From a virus (taxonomy: Duplodnaviria; Caudoviricetes), in the IMG/VR virus record IMGVR_UViG_3300021387_000648, positions 82,459 to 146,458 of that record: a stretch of DNA of 64,000 bases. One strand, given 5' to 3'. This document shows, in pieces, positions 8,513 to 18,660 of the stretch. Position 1 is the stretch's first letter, and every line of letters starts with the position of its first letter. Below the pieces are notes generated by a model. That model worked only from the letters and a program-made list of their open reading frames with translations, searched no databases and had not been told where the DNA came from. The position numbers and the translations under genes were made by a program.

Positions 8513-8932
8513 TTGATTTCGATGGTCTGGCAGGCAGAGGCCTTTGCAAAGGAAAGGCACTTTGGACAGTTTGACCGCGCCGGAGTTCCGTATATCGAGC
8601 ATCCGCGTGCGGTTGCGGCGAAGGTGGACACGGATACGGAAAAGGTTGTCGCGTTCCTGCATGACACGGTGGAGGACACCAACACAACGCTGGACGAGAT
8701 CCGGAACAAGTTTGGCACTGAGGTCGCGGACGCGGTTGAATGCCTGACTCACAAAAAGGGTGTTCCGTATATGGAATACGTCAAGGGAATCAAAACGAAC
8801 GACCTTGCGCGGAGGGTGAAGCTGGCGGACCTGAGCCATAACATGGATCTGAGCCGTCTGCCAAAGGTGACCGATGCAGACCTGAAGCGCGTGGAGAAAT
8901 ACAAGGCTGCTTACGACTTTCTGGTCGAGTAA
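8513..8932 (+). CDS. HD-domain small alarmone hydrolase (SpoT/Mesh1-like)
   Basis: H.GQ.DRAG.PYIEHP, LHDTVEDT, VKLADLSHNMD. Confidence 0.9.
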   Translation: MISMVWQAEAFAKERHFGQFDRAGVPYIEHPRAVAAKVDTDTEKVVAFLHDTVEDTNTTLDEIRNKFGTEVADAVECLTHKKGVPYMEYVKGIKTNDLARRVKLADLSHNMDLSRLPKVTDADLKRVEKYKAAYDFLVE

Positions 8933-8974
8933 AGGCCGACCGGGCGTTCGTTCGAGATAGATAACGAGATGATA

Positions 8975-9010
8975 AGGACGACGCTCTGAGGGGTGCCGTC
9001 CTATATTTTT
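8975..9010 (+). terminator. intrinsic terminator
   Basis: Imperfect GC stem AGGACGACGCTC/GGGTGCCGTCCT plus T tract. Confidence 0.55.
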
Positions 9011-9027
9011 GCATAGGACGGTGCGAG

Positions 9028-10743
9028 ATGGAAAAGAGCCGAGCGAAAGCGATTGCGGACTACCGCAGGAGAAGAATACAACGGCTGAGAGCCAGATTCG
9101 ACGATGATAACGACGAGAACAATGCCCCGGCACCGGCTGGCGGGCATGGAAATACAAAACTTCCGTTCGGACTTTGCCGGAGGGAAGGCATCAAGGTAGA
9201 CCCGACTTGGACCCCGAAGGATGCGTGGAACGCTCTGGAAGGCAAGGGATACTCTGCCAAGGAAGCATATAAAGAACTGAAGGAAACCGGCAAGGTGGCA
9301 CCGAAGGCACCGCAGAAGCCTGCGAGGACGCCTGCTGAGATCAAGAAGATGGGCAAGTCCGTTTCCGACCTGAAGAAGGCTATAAAGAAGCGTGACAAGC
9401 TTGAAAAAGAACTGGATACGGCCAACATCGAGATTTCGAGAGCGATTAACACCAAAGCGAGGTATGAGTCCGCGTCCGAAAAGTACAAGAAGATGGCCGA
9501 CGAGATGGTCCAAAAGTACGGTTCCGAAGAAAACATTCCGTCCAAAAGAGAGGGAGAATACGGCTATCCTCCTTTGGCGAGCTATCAACTGTATCGTGAC
9601 AACGAGAGAAGCTATGCCAAGGACGCCGAGAACATCGGAAAGACGATCCCGGACCTGATGCAGAAGCACGAAGACCTTCAGAAACAGTTGGCTGAGTATC
9701 CGAGCAAAGAAGATCACAAGAAACAGTATGATCAGGCGGTTGACGACCTGCTGTCCAGTTCTCCGTACACCGACAAGGTACGCGACTATAGAACAATCGA
9801 GGAAGAGTCTGAGGGCGCGAGGGAGATTCTGGAAAATGCAAAGAAGAATGTCGAATATGCCCAATCGCATATCGAGTTCTATGAATCGATGGCCCGGAGA
9901 GCAAGAGAACGTGGAGACGAGGAAACCGCGAAGTTCTATGAGGGCAACGGTCTTGCTGCCAACAGAAAGCTTCTCGAAGTCAATCAGGCCAATGTCGACA
10001 AGTACTCCAAGCAGGTCGAGGACTATGACAGACGGATGAACGAGGCAAAGGGCGACGCTGCGGACAAGGACTGGAAGCAGATTTATGAGCTTTCGGTCGA
10101 GAAAGACACCGTGCAGGATGGACCATATACCGAGCTTGAAAGAGCGGCTGAATCTCTGTCAAGGGAAAAGGTCAAATACGTTAATCCGGTCAAGTATATG
10201 ACTCCGCCGTCAGAGGAGAAGATCATCTTCGACCTGCGCGGCAGTGACAAGACAAGCGGCTCCTGCGCTTCTCTGGCGTTTGCCTATTTCGTAAACAAGT
10301 CCGGATACAGGGTGCTTGACTTCCGTGGCGGAGCATCACGACGGTTCTTCTCGTATAACTGCGGTGATGTGATCCGGAGACTTGGCGGAACGGTCACACA
10401 CGACAGCGACGGCTTCAAAATCGCAAACGACCATCTTTCGCAGGTGGAAGAGGGCAAGGAGTACTATTTCGCGGCAGGAAAGCATGCTGCGGTTGTCAGA
10501 AAGAAAAACGGAAAGCTTGAGTTCCTCGAACTGCAAGACAGAACTGGCGGATGGGAAGAGCTCAATGACTCCGTTCTCAAACAGCGGTTCAAGGTCAAAA
10601 GGACCAGCCGTCGCGGCAGTGAGTATTCGTATCTGATCAGCGGAGACAAGCTGACCGGAAACAAAGAGCTTATTTCCCTGACGGGATATATCAATACGGC
10701 ATCGGACAAGCAGAAGAAAGGCGCTGGGGGTGGTATCAAGTGA
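9028..10743 (+). CDS. leader-bearing putative effector with C-terminal papain-like (Cys-His-Gln) domain
   Basis: YRRRRIQRLRARFDDD + GHGNTKLPFGLC module, long coiled coil, GSCASLAFAY / GKHAAVV / LELQ. Confidence 0.65.
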   Translation: MEKSRAKAIADYRRRRIQRLRARFDDDNDENNAPAPAGGHGNTKLPFGLCRREGIKVDPTWTPKDAWNALEGKGYSAKEAYKELKETGKVAPKAPQKPARTPAEIKKMGKSVSDLKKAIKKRDKLEKELDTANIEISRAINTKARYESASEKYKKMADEMVQKYGSEENIPSKREGEYGYPPLASYQLYRDNERSYAKDAENIGKTIPDLMQKHEDLQKQLAEYPSKEDHKKQYDQAVDDLLSSSPYTDKVRDYRTIEEESEGAREILENAKKNVEYAQSHIEFYESMARRARERGDEETAKFYEGNGLAANRKLLEVNQANVDKYSKQVEDYDRRMNEAKGDAADKDWKQIYELSVEKDTVQDGPYTELERAAESLSREKVKYVNPVKYMTPPSEEKIIFDLRGSDKTSGSCASLAFAYFVNKSGYRVLDFRGGASRRFFSYNCGDVIRRLGGTVTHDSDGFKIANDHLSQVEEGKEYYFAAGKHAAVVRKKNGKLEFLELQDRTGGWEELNDSVLKQRFKVKRTSRRGSEYSYLISGDKLTGNKELISLTGYINTASDKQKKGAGGGIK

Positions 10744-11021
10744 AGCGGATCTATAAGGAGAACAAGGACGACAAGGTTTGGTGGCTGGACAATGAGAAAG
10801 CGATTGGAGAATTCGCCTTTACGCTTGACAAGAAAACGTTCTACAATCTGTTCGCGGACTATCCGGACAAACTGTCCGTGCAGGACTGGATCACGTTCAA
10901 TGAGGAGAATGAGTATTGGGTGAAGTTCTTCAAAGAGAGGAACGAGGACTATGTGATGAAGCACGCCGAAGAGCTTGAGAAGCTTGGGCGTGAAGACCTG
11001 ATCAGGGCAATCATGAGCTGA
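10740..11021 (+). CDS. small protein, putative immunity partner
   Basis: GTGA overlap with the upstream stop; 93 aa; acidic and aromatic-rich. Confidence 0.6.
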   Translation: MKRIYKENKDDKVWWLDNEKAIGEFAFTLDKKTFYNLFADYPDKLSVQDWITFNEENEYWVKFFKERNEDYVMKHAEELEKLGREDLIRAIMS

Positions 11022-11068
11022 GCGGGGTATCCGGCAGCAAAGAAGAGGGAGAATTAAATACGTATCTT

Positions 11069-11097
11069 AGACGTCACTGAAAGGTGGCGTCTTTTTT
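11069..11097 (+). terminator. intrinsic terminator
   Basis: AGACGTCACT-GAA-AGGTGGCGTCT plus T tract. Confidence 0.75.
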
Positions 11098-11119
11098 ATA
11101 TCCAGGAGGAGCAAATAAA

Positions 11120-11836
11120 ATGCCGAGGAAAAAAACCGAGACCGCACCGGTTGCTGAGGCAAAAAAGAAAAAACCGAGTACGGCAAGTAAAACCACAAGA
11201 TCCCGAGAAAGCAAGGAGAAGACCACCGCGACAAAGAAGACGACCGCCCAGAAGAAGCCGAGGACCAAAAAGGATCAGGCTCCCAAGGAGCAGAAAATTG
11301 AGGTTGTCGAGGGCGAAGTTGTACAGAAAAAAGCACCCAAGAAAAAGGGCGTAGGAGGAAATAACAATTTAGTTCCATTTTCGCAACGAACAGAGGACGA
11401 ACAGAGAAAAATTGCTACAATGGGCGGTATTGCATCGGGAGAGGCAAGACGCAAGAAAAAGAACCTCAGAGAATTCGGAAGAGACTTCCTGATGCAGGCG
11501 ACATCACCGGTCTTTCAAAGTCTGATGGAGACCCACCAAGTCGAGCAGGATGACATGACAAATGCTGCGGCTCTGTTCGTAAGGCTGTTCAACAAGGCGA
11601 TGAGCACAGGGGACCTGAATGCCGCGCGGCAGGTTGTCGAATGGGCAGGAATGGCACCGCTTCAGGAAATGAGGGAGAATGAGGCGGTCGCGAGAATGTC
11701 ACAGGTGATCCAGCTTGCTCAGGGTGATACAGAAGATGAAGAAGAGGAAACGAGCGATGTGATCATCTATCTTCCGGACAATGGAATAAAAGTCGGAAGC
11801 CCGGAGGACTACGGACTGAACCTCACCGAGGAGTGA
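11120..11836 (+). CDS. terS: terminase small subunit (probable)
   Basis: NLVPF...IATMGGIASGEARRKKK motif; directly upstream of TerL. Confidence 0.7.
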   Translation: MPRKKTETAPVAEAKKKKPSTASKTTRSRESKEKTTATKKTTAQKKPRTKKDQAPKEQKIEVVEGEVVQKKAPKKKGVGGNNNLVPFSQRTEDEQRKIATMGGIASGEARRKKKNLREFGRDFLMQATSPVFQSLMETHQVEQDDMTNAAALFVRLFNKAMSTGDLNAARQVVEWAGMAPLQEMRENEAVARMSQVIQLAQGDTEDEEEETSDVIIYLPDNGIKVGSPEDYGLNLTEE

Positions 11837-11842
11837 TGACCG

Positions 11843-13249
11843 ATGGCGACAAGGACTCTGCGTCCCCAAGAAGGTCCGCAGACGGCTTTTCTTGCCAGTT
11901 CGGCTTCTGTAACCATATATGGCGGAGCTGCGGGCGGAGGAAAAACCTACGCAGAGCTTTTGGCACCGCTGAGATACAAGGACGTCAAGGGCTTTAACTA
12001 TACCATTTTCAGACGCGAGTATAAGCAGATCTTCAACGCTGGCGCACTCTGGGACGAGGCGATGGAGATGTACTCCGGAATCAGGAGGGCCGTGCCGAAG
12101 TACACGACCGGCCAATGGCTGTTCCGGGACAAGAAGGGAAGCGTCGTATCAAAGATTACCTTTGCCCATATCGAGAACGACCTTGCCGTTCACACATATC
12201 AGGGCTCTCAGCTATGCGGCATTGCTTTTGACGAACTGACGCACTTCACGGAAAAGCAGTTCTTCTATATGCTGACCCGTAACAGAAGTACGTGTGGTGT
12301 GCCTCCGTTTGTCCTTGCGACAACGAACCCGGACGCGGACTCCTGGGTGGCAGAATTCATCTCATGGTGGATCGATCAGGAAACCGGATATGCGATACCG
12401 GAAAGAAGCGGCGTGATCCGCTGGATGGTCCGAATTGACGACAAGGTAAGATGGGGCGATTCAAGGGAAGAACTGATAGAGACCTATCACCTTACCACAA
12501 AAGAAGAGCTGGCAATGATCAAGTCGGTGACCTTCATTGCTTCGAGTATCTATGATAACAAGGCCCTGCTGAAATCTGACCCGTCCTATCTTGGCAACCT
12601 GATGATGCAGCCGGAAGTCGAAAGAGAGAGACTTCTCAAAGGGAACTGGAAGATCAAGGCGGCAGCGGGACTCTATTTCAAGCGCTCTCAGGTTACGATG
12701 GTGGATGAAGATCCCTTGATGATGAGGGAGATTGTCCTGACGTGCAGAGCGTGGGACCTTGCGGCAACAGAAGACGACGCGGCAAAAGACCCAGACTACA
12801 CGGCTGGCGTCCTGATGGGCCGATTCAAGAGCGGGGAAGTAATCGTTCTGGATGTGATTAATCAGAGAGTCAAGGCTGGCGAGGTCGAAAAGCTTATCTA
12901 TAACACGACTGTAGCGGACGCGCAGAAATACGGCTTTGCCTACAGAGTCCGTATCCCCCAAGACCCGGGCGCGGCAGGAAAGATCGTTGCCAATTCCTAC
13001 GTGCAGAAGCTTTCCGGGTACTCCGTGATCACAGAGAGAGTAACCGGCAGTAAGGTGAACAGGGCGACGCCGTTTGCGGCCCAGTGGCAGAACGGGCATG
13101 TGAAGGTTTTGAAGGGCGAGTGGAATGATATGTATTTCAAGCAACTTGAGTCATTCCCAGAATCCAAACACGACGATATGGTCGACGGTAGCTCCGACTC
13201 TTTCAATGAACTGAGCAAGCCGCTGTTTGACCCGAGCAATCTCATATAA
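11843..13249 (+). CDS. terL: terminase large subunit
   Basis: YGGAAGGGKT Walker A, FDELTHF Walker B, ATTNP, RAWDLAAT, HDDMVD nuclease. Confidence 0.95.
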   Translation: MATRTLRPQEGPQTAFLASSASVTIYGGAAGGGKTYAELLAPLRYKDVKGFNYTIFRREYKQIFNAGALWDEAMEMYSGIRRAVPKYTTGQWLFRDKKGSVVSKITFAHIENDLAVHTYQGSQLCGIAFDELTHFTEKQFFYMLTRNRSTCGVPPFVLATTNPDADSWVAEFISWWIDQETGYAIPERSGVIRWMVRIDDKVRWGDSREELIETYHLTTKEELAMIKSVTFIASSIYDNKALLKSDPSYLGNLMMQPEVERERLLKGNWKIKAAAGLYFKRSQVTMVDEDPLMMREIVLTCRAWDLAATEDDAAKDPDYTAGVLMGRFKSGEVIVLDVINQRVKAGEVEKLIYNTTVADAQKYGFAYRVRIPQDPGAAGKIVANSYVQKLSGYSVITERVTGSKVNRATPFAAQWQNGHVKVLKGEWNDMYFKQLESFPESKHDDMVDGSSDSFNELSKPLFDPSNLI

Positions 13250-13274
13250 TTCTTTTGTAAGGTTGGTGTATCTG

Positions 13275-14834
13275 ATGGCCGACAAAGATGCGATTAGACG
13301 ATACAAGCAAAGACGTGACGCCAGACTTGGCTTCAAGACATCCATGCACTATGACAGCGTGGACGAGTACAGGAGACGCCGCGCGGAACGTCTTGGAATC
13401 CGCCTTGACGCCGATGACGATGAAAACAAGGGTGGGACAGGCAGACGCGGCGGTCATGGAAACACCAAGATCCCCTTTGGACTCTGCCAAAGAGAGGGGA
13501 TTGAGGTAAAGCCCGGATGGACACCGCAAGACGCATGGAACGCCTTGGAGGGCAAGGGCTATTCTGCGGGCGAGACGTACAAGGAACTGAAGCAGACGGG
13601 CAAGGTCTCCAAGAAAACCGGAGGCACGGCCAAAGCAGCAACGCCGTGGAAGAAAGACTATGCTGCAATGGACTATGATACCATTGCCAAGGAGTACGAG
13701 GACCACAACCGCCGTTATAAGGAGTCAGAAGAAAAGTACCGGACAAAGGACAAGAGCATCAAGGCAATCAATTCGATGGCAAAGCGCATCAAGACCATGA
13801 AGGAGCGCGGCGACTATCACGGAGAGAGCTATGAAGAGCTTGAAAAGGCTGCAAACCAAGATCCGTCTGACCTTGACGGAGACTCTTTTGCCCGGTACTA
13901 TGCGCAGAACTTCGCAAAAAAGGCCATGGACATGTTCGGTCGCGATGTTTTTTCAAAGAGTGATGACGAAATTGCCAAGATGGCGGCGGAGAGAGTGGAA
14001 GAGCTTGAAAACATCAACTTTGCAACGCTTAACGAGGAGCGTGCCGCGATCCAGAAGGCGATGACCGAAAAGGCAAAAGAGAAGTATCCGAATATATCCG
14101 ATTGTGATACGCCTACAGCCTTGGAGGCGAGGCTTCGAGGCGACGACTTCTTCCAGACCGGAGACCTCCTGTCCGGCACGATGGCTTATCATGCTCTTGA
14201 CACAAAAACGATCGGCGGCATCGGGAAGGCGATGGATGGCATTAAGCAGAAGTTCCCGGAACTGAAAGGGAAACTGCATCCATTCCTCGTAGGCGATGAT
14301 GTGGAAGCAAATGCGTATGCCCACTGCGAAATCAGCGCGTGGAGCGATGCGCAGGTTGTTTTGAGCAGCAAGAGATTCGGCGACGGTGAGAAGCTTCAGG
14401 AGAGCCTGAAGAACGACGTGAAGGAAGGCTTCCATCCGAGAGGGACGGCAAGCTTTGAGGCGGTTGTTACTCACGAGTACGGTCACGCAATCGACGACTG
14501 GCTGAGCAAAACGTACAAGGAAGAGCTTGGCGGAAAGCCGTTCTGCCAATATGTGATCGGCAGGATCATGGAAAACCACACGCATGAGGATAAATACAGT
14601 ATCATGCGGAAGGTGAGCAAGTATGCGGTAAACAACAAGTCTCCTGAAGGAATGGAGTTCCTTGGCGAGGCGTTTTCGGAATACTGCTGCGCAAAGAAGC
14701 CGAGACCTATTGCAATGGAAGTGGGGCAGATTATGAAAGAGTTCATCCAAAACCCAAAGAGTGCTCTTGAACCGAAAAAGCCCAAGTGGACGTTTGCACC
14801 GCCAGACGACGAAGACGACGCCCCACTGTTTTAA
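13275..14834 (+). CDS. leader-bearing putative effector with zincin metallopeptidase domain
   Basis: Tandem leader (YKQRRDARL..HYDS, YRRRRAERL..RLDAD), GHGNTKIPFGLC, HEYGH plus EFLGEAF. Confidence 0.7.
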   Translation: MADKDAIRRYKQRRDARLGFKTSMHYDSVDEYRRRRAERLGIRLDADDDENKGGTGRRGGHGNTKIPFGLCQREGIEVKPGWTPQDAWNALEGKGYSAGETYKELKQTGKVSKKTGGTAKAATPWKKDYAAMDYDTIAKEYEDHNRRYKESEEKYRTKDKSIKAINSMAKRIKTMKERGDYHGESYEELEKAANQDPSDLDGDSFARYYAQNFAKKAMDMFGRDVFSKSDDEIAKMAAERVEELENINFATLNEERAAIQKAMTEKAKEKYPNISDCDTPTALEARLRGDDFFQTGDLLSGTMAYHALDTKTIGGIGKAMDGIKQKFPELKGKLHPFLVGDDVEANAYAHCEISAWSDAQVVLSSKRFGDGEKLQESLKNDVKEGFHPRGTASFEAVVTHEYGHAIDDWLSKTYKEELGGKPFCQYVIGRIMENHTHEDKYSIMRKVSKYAVNNKSPEGMEFLGEAFSEYCCAKKPRPIAMEVGQIMKEFIQNPKSALEPKKPKWTFAPPDDEDDAPLF

Positions 14835-14853
14835 TTTAAGAAACCGAAAAAGT

Positions 14854-14880
14854 GGCTGATCTGCGGATCAGCCTCTTTTT
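14854..14880 (+). terminator. intrinsic terminator
   Basis: GGCTGATC-TGCG-GATCAGCC-TCTTTTT. Confidence 0.85.
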
Positions 14881-14905
14881 GTCGTTATACAGGGAGGAAT
14901 AAGCA

Positions 14906-17900
14906 ATGGATACTCTCGCAATTGCTCTGTACCGGCAGCGAAGGGAAGAACGCCTTGCTGCGCGTGGGATCAGAGTCAAGAAAAGGCAGTACCGAAAATC
15001 CAAGGACCTGAAAAAACTGGATAAACAGCCTCCGGTGCCGACCTTCCGGAAAGACGCGGACGGAGACGATGATCAGCAGAACGAGCAGAAGCGAGGCGGT
15101 GGCGGCGGTCACGGTAATACGAAGCTTCCGTTCGGCCTGTGCCAGAAATACGGCATCGAGATCGGCGATGGATGGACGCCAAAGGACGCGTGGGATGCTT
15201 TGGCCGGTAAAGGTGTGACTCCCGGAGAGATTTACCGGAAACTGAGAGCTGGCGAAGAGATCGGCCCGGACATCAAGACGGAGCCGCCGAAGAAAGACCC
15301 GGTCAAGACCGTGGACGGTTCCGGAGGCAAATACTATCTCAAAGACCTGAAGGCGCGTCAGACTTGGGGCTATCGCGGTGAAAGGCCGTGGGCTCTGGAA
15401 GGAACGCCGGAGTGGCATGATGATGTTCCGGAGGACGAAAGACACGGATACCGGTCTACATGGCTTGGCAGATTCGCAACGCTGACAGACATGTATTACT
15501 TCCTGAAAAGGAAGGGCGTGGAAGAGTTCATGGACCCTGAGACAGGAGAACTGGTGAATCCGGTCGAGATGGAGCTTCCGACCATGCTGTATTCGGACGG
15601 CGAGCGCGGATACAGTGCTATGGCGATCGGTATGAAGAAGGACCTGTATGCAATCACCGGCACAGACTTTATGGGAAAGAAAAGGGCTGTGAAGGAGTTC
15701 CGGTCTCTGGAAGACGCAAAGCAGTGGCTTGAACGTCACGGTGTTTCCGAGGATGATGTGAAACTGTCTCCTGCACTCAAAAAGAGAGAGACGGAGCGTC
15801 TGAGCTGGCTGACTTCCGACCGGAAAGAATACATGGAGGTCGACGGCGTCAGATACGGCGACCTGAGAATGCAGAAAGAGCGCTATGGCGGATGGTATGA
15901 GTTGTTCGGCGAAGATGAGGACGGACGACAGAAGAAACTGAGCTTCTCATCCAAGACCGAACTGCTGAAATACCTGAAGGATCAGGGCGTCGAGAAGGTC
16001 CGAGACCAAGACAAGAGCATTGTGAATCCGACCGAACTGGATATTCCGGATGCTCTTGTAAAAATCGACAACACATCTTATCAGAGCTTCGAGTACCAGC
16101 TTAGAGGCGGGGACCTGATACTTTACGGCATAGATCTTGACGGAGAAACACATTCCATCGACTACATGAGGAAGTACGAGACCTTCGAGGCCTTCCGGGA
16201 GAGGATGGCCGAAAAGGGCATTGAGTCCGACGACTGGATCAGCGAAGACGACGACGTCAAGGAGCATATCAAGAGAGTCAGGAAGGAGCAGGAGGATCAG
16301 GAACGCCGGAGGAAAGAGTTCCCGAGCAAGGCTGTTCCGGTGCTGGGCGGCATGTACATGGAGCCGAAACTGGTTTGGAACGGTCCCGGCAGTTCTTTGG
16401 AACTGAGAGGATACGACAGCTACGGCAGAGACTATTGCATCGCCACGCAGAGCAACATGGCTGACATGATCGACCTGATGGAAAAGAACGGACTGAATCC
16501 GGACGACCTTATCAAGGACCATGAGCTTCGGGCAGAATACGACCGCATCGACAAGATCAGGAAAGACTTTGACGCTACGGCGGAAGACTTCGGATCTGGC
16601 AAGTATGCGGATATCTCTGTTTCTGTGGATAGTCTCGGGGAATACCGCCTTGTCGGATACGAGAGAAGCGGCAAGCTGCGCAGACTCACCTACGGCGGCG
16701 ACATGTATTCTCTCACGGACCAGATGGAAAAGGGCGGTATCACAGATATCGACAAGTACATCAAGGATGACAAGATCCGTCAGGAGTACGAGACCTTCAA
16801 AAAGCGTATTGCAGAGTTCGAGCAGAAGGCAATCGATATCGACGGCTACAGACTGTCAGACGTTGAAGTTGTGGCAGCGGATGACCCCGGCAAGTTCAAG
16901 GTGATCGGCTACGACAAGAAGGGCAGCAGGAAAACCATGTCCATGAGCACGGACATGTATTCCACGGTTCGGTATGCCCAGTCGAGAGGATTGAATGTTG
17001 AAGACTTCATCAAGCAGCCGGAGGTCAAGCAGGCTTATCAGGAGTACAAGAAGATTCAGGAGAAGTTCGATTCTGAGGCCAAGGACTTCGGCGGCGAAAA
17101 GTATCTGGACCTGAAAATGGAGTATGACAGTGACGGATGGTACCGTCTGAAGGGCACAGATATCCGAGGCAGACGCAAAACGATTGTCGAATCCACAAGC
17201 GCCTACACGATGGACGAGAAGCTCAAGACCTCCGGCATGAGCAGCGACCTGACGATAGATTCCTTTGATCCGTCCGAGAGTATGAAGGAGCGGAAAAAGG
17301 TTCTGCAGAAGGCCAAAGACGCGGTTGCGAGCGGCGAGTATTATGACATGGGTATCGACGGTCAGGCCTTTAAGTCAATCCACGCGGACAAGATCGGGGA
17401 CAAGTGGTCTATCAAGGGCGTGGACATCGACGGGAAGGAAAAACAGATCATTGAGACCGCCGACTGGGATGAGACGGTAGACACCCTTGAAAAGTTCAAT
17501 GTTAAGGACTACAAGCTTCTCACCAAAGACGGGACCTATGGCAGACCGGCAGACGGCATGCGTCACGTGATGCTGCTGAGAGGAACAGACGGATCGTTCC
17601 GGGTATATGCGGACAGCGCGTCCAAAGGAACGCACGCTGAGGTGTACTCCACGACGACCGAGGAAGCAGCCAAACAATGGCTTCGAGATAACAATGTGGA
17701 TACCGGCAGCATCAAGACCAGAGGAATGAATCCGAACGACGATGCACCGAGAAGCCACACCCAGCCGTCCCTGAGCAAGTTCGATGTGTACCGCATGGAC
17801 CGGATCAGCAAGAGCTATATCGACGACCTGACAGCCGATGAAAAGAGCGAGATCGCCGAAATGCTGACAACGGTATTTCAGACGGGAGCTTATCGTGTAG

Positions 17901-18637
17901 CGAGAAGCACATCGAGCTTCGGCGCGATCATCGAGAACGGCTATAAGAGCCAAGTAGAAACCGGAAAAGGCGGTTCCGGTGCTGCGCAGGACAAGGAGCT
18001 TAGAAAGAAAGCTTCGAAAATCTTCTACGGTCACGATGGCCTTGACGACAAGGATTATGAGAAGTGCGGTTATATCGGCTTTGCGGATGAAGCGGAAGAC
18101 TGGGACGACAGCGCTCATCCGGGCTATGGCGGCAGAAGCCCCCTGACCTACACCCTGCGGAAAGACACTATGAAGGACCGCACGACCTACACCTACGGCG
18201 ATTCACTGAATACGAGACGCTGGATGGCCTGCGCTGGCTATGCCGGGGACAAGCCGACAATCGAGGGCATGTCTGCATTGGACAGCGACTACTACGTCAA
18301 GAATGCTCTGGAATCCTACCGAAGGTACAAGAACGGCGAGATCAGCTACAAGGAAATGTTCGATGATATCCGAAGGTATGCAAACAACGGGTACATTGAA
18401 CTTCAATTCCACGGCCCCGTTACGGTTGCGGATATCGAGAAGGTCTCTTTCAACAGCAAGAAGGATCTGGAAGCGGCGTTCAACAAAATGTCCGACACCC
18501 GCAGAAAGAAAGTCATCGGCCTGCTGCGCCAGAACGGAGTCCAGCTGATCTATCGAGAGAACAGACGAAGCGAATTTCAGGACGCTTGGGAATGGATAAA
18601 AGATCAATATCCAGGTGACTTTTCGGCAGAAGTGTGA
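14906..18637 (+). CDS. large leader-bearing putative effector: ~8 internal repeats plus C-terminal DUF3626-like domain
   Basis: YRQRREERL..RKDAD, GHGNTKLPFGLC; repeats Y.D...L.G.D..G; C-terminus GY..PGYG..TYTYGDSLN..YIELQFHGPV. Confidence 0.65.
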   Translation: MDTLAIALYRQRREERLAARGIRVKKRQYRKSKDLKKLDKQPPVPTFRKDADGDDDQQNEQKRGGGGGHGNTKLPFGLCQKYGIEIGDGWTPKDAWDALAGKGVTPGEIYRKLRAGEEIGPDIKTEPPKKDPVKTVDGSGGKYYLKDLKARQTWGYRGERPWALEGTPEWHDDVPEDERHGYRSTWLGRFATLTDMYYFLKRKGVEEFMDPETGELVNPVEMELPTMLYSDGERGYSAMAIGMKKDLYAITGTDFMGKKRAVKEFRSLEDAKQWLERHGVSEDDVKLSPALKKRETERLSWLTSDRKEYMEVDGVRYGDLRMQKERYGGWYELFGEDEDGRQKKLSFSSKTELLKYLKDQGVEKVRDQDKSIVNPTELDIPDALVKIDNTSYQSFEYQLRGGDLILYGIDLDGETHSIDYMRKYETFEAFRERMAEKGIESDDWISEDDDVKEHIKRVRKEQEDQERRRKEFPSKAVPVLGGMYMEPKLVWNGPGSSLELRGYDSYGRDYCIATQSNMADMIDLMEKNGLNPDDLIKDHELRAEYDRIDKIRKDFDATAEDFGSGKYADISVSVDSLGEYRLVGYERSGKLRRLTYGGDMYSLTDQMEKGGITDIDKYIKDDKIRQEYETFKKRIAEFEQKAIDIDGYRLSDVEVVAADDPGKFKVIGYDKKGSRKTMSMSTDMYSTVRYAQSRGLNVEDFIKQPEVKQAYQEYKKIQEKFDSEAKDFGGEKYLDLKMEYDSDGWYRLKGTDIRGRRKTIVESTSAYTMDEKLKTSGMSSDLTIDSFDPSESMKERKKVLQKAKDAVASGEYYDMGIDGQAFKSIHADKIGDKWSIKGVDIDGKEKQIIETADWDETVDTLEKFNVKDYKLLTKDGTYGRPADGMRHVMLLRGTDGSFRVYADSASKGTHAEVYSTTTEEAAKQWLRDNNVDTGSIKTRGMNPNDDAPRSHTQPSLSKFDVYRMDRISKSYIDDLTADEKSEIAEMLTTVFQTGAYRVARSTSSFGAIIENGYKSQVETGKGGSGAAQDKELRKKASKIFYGHDGLDDKDYEKCGYIGFADEAEDWDDSAHPGYGGRSPLTYTLRKDTMKDRTTYTYGDSLNTRRWMACAGYAGDKPTIEGMSALDSDYYVKNALESYRRYKNGEISYKEMFDDIRRYANNGYIELQFHGPVTVADIEKVSFNSKKDLEAAFNKMSDTRRKKVIGLLRQNGVQLIYRENRRSEFQDAWEWIKDQYPGDFSAEV

Positions 18638-18643
18638 TATAAT
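18615..18643 (+). promoter_or_regulatory. sigma-A-type promoter (extended -10)
   Basis: GTGACT-17-TATAAT with TG immediately upstream, in front of 18661. Confidence 0.6.
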
Positions 18644-18660
18644 ATAAAGGGTGATAAAAG

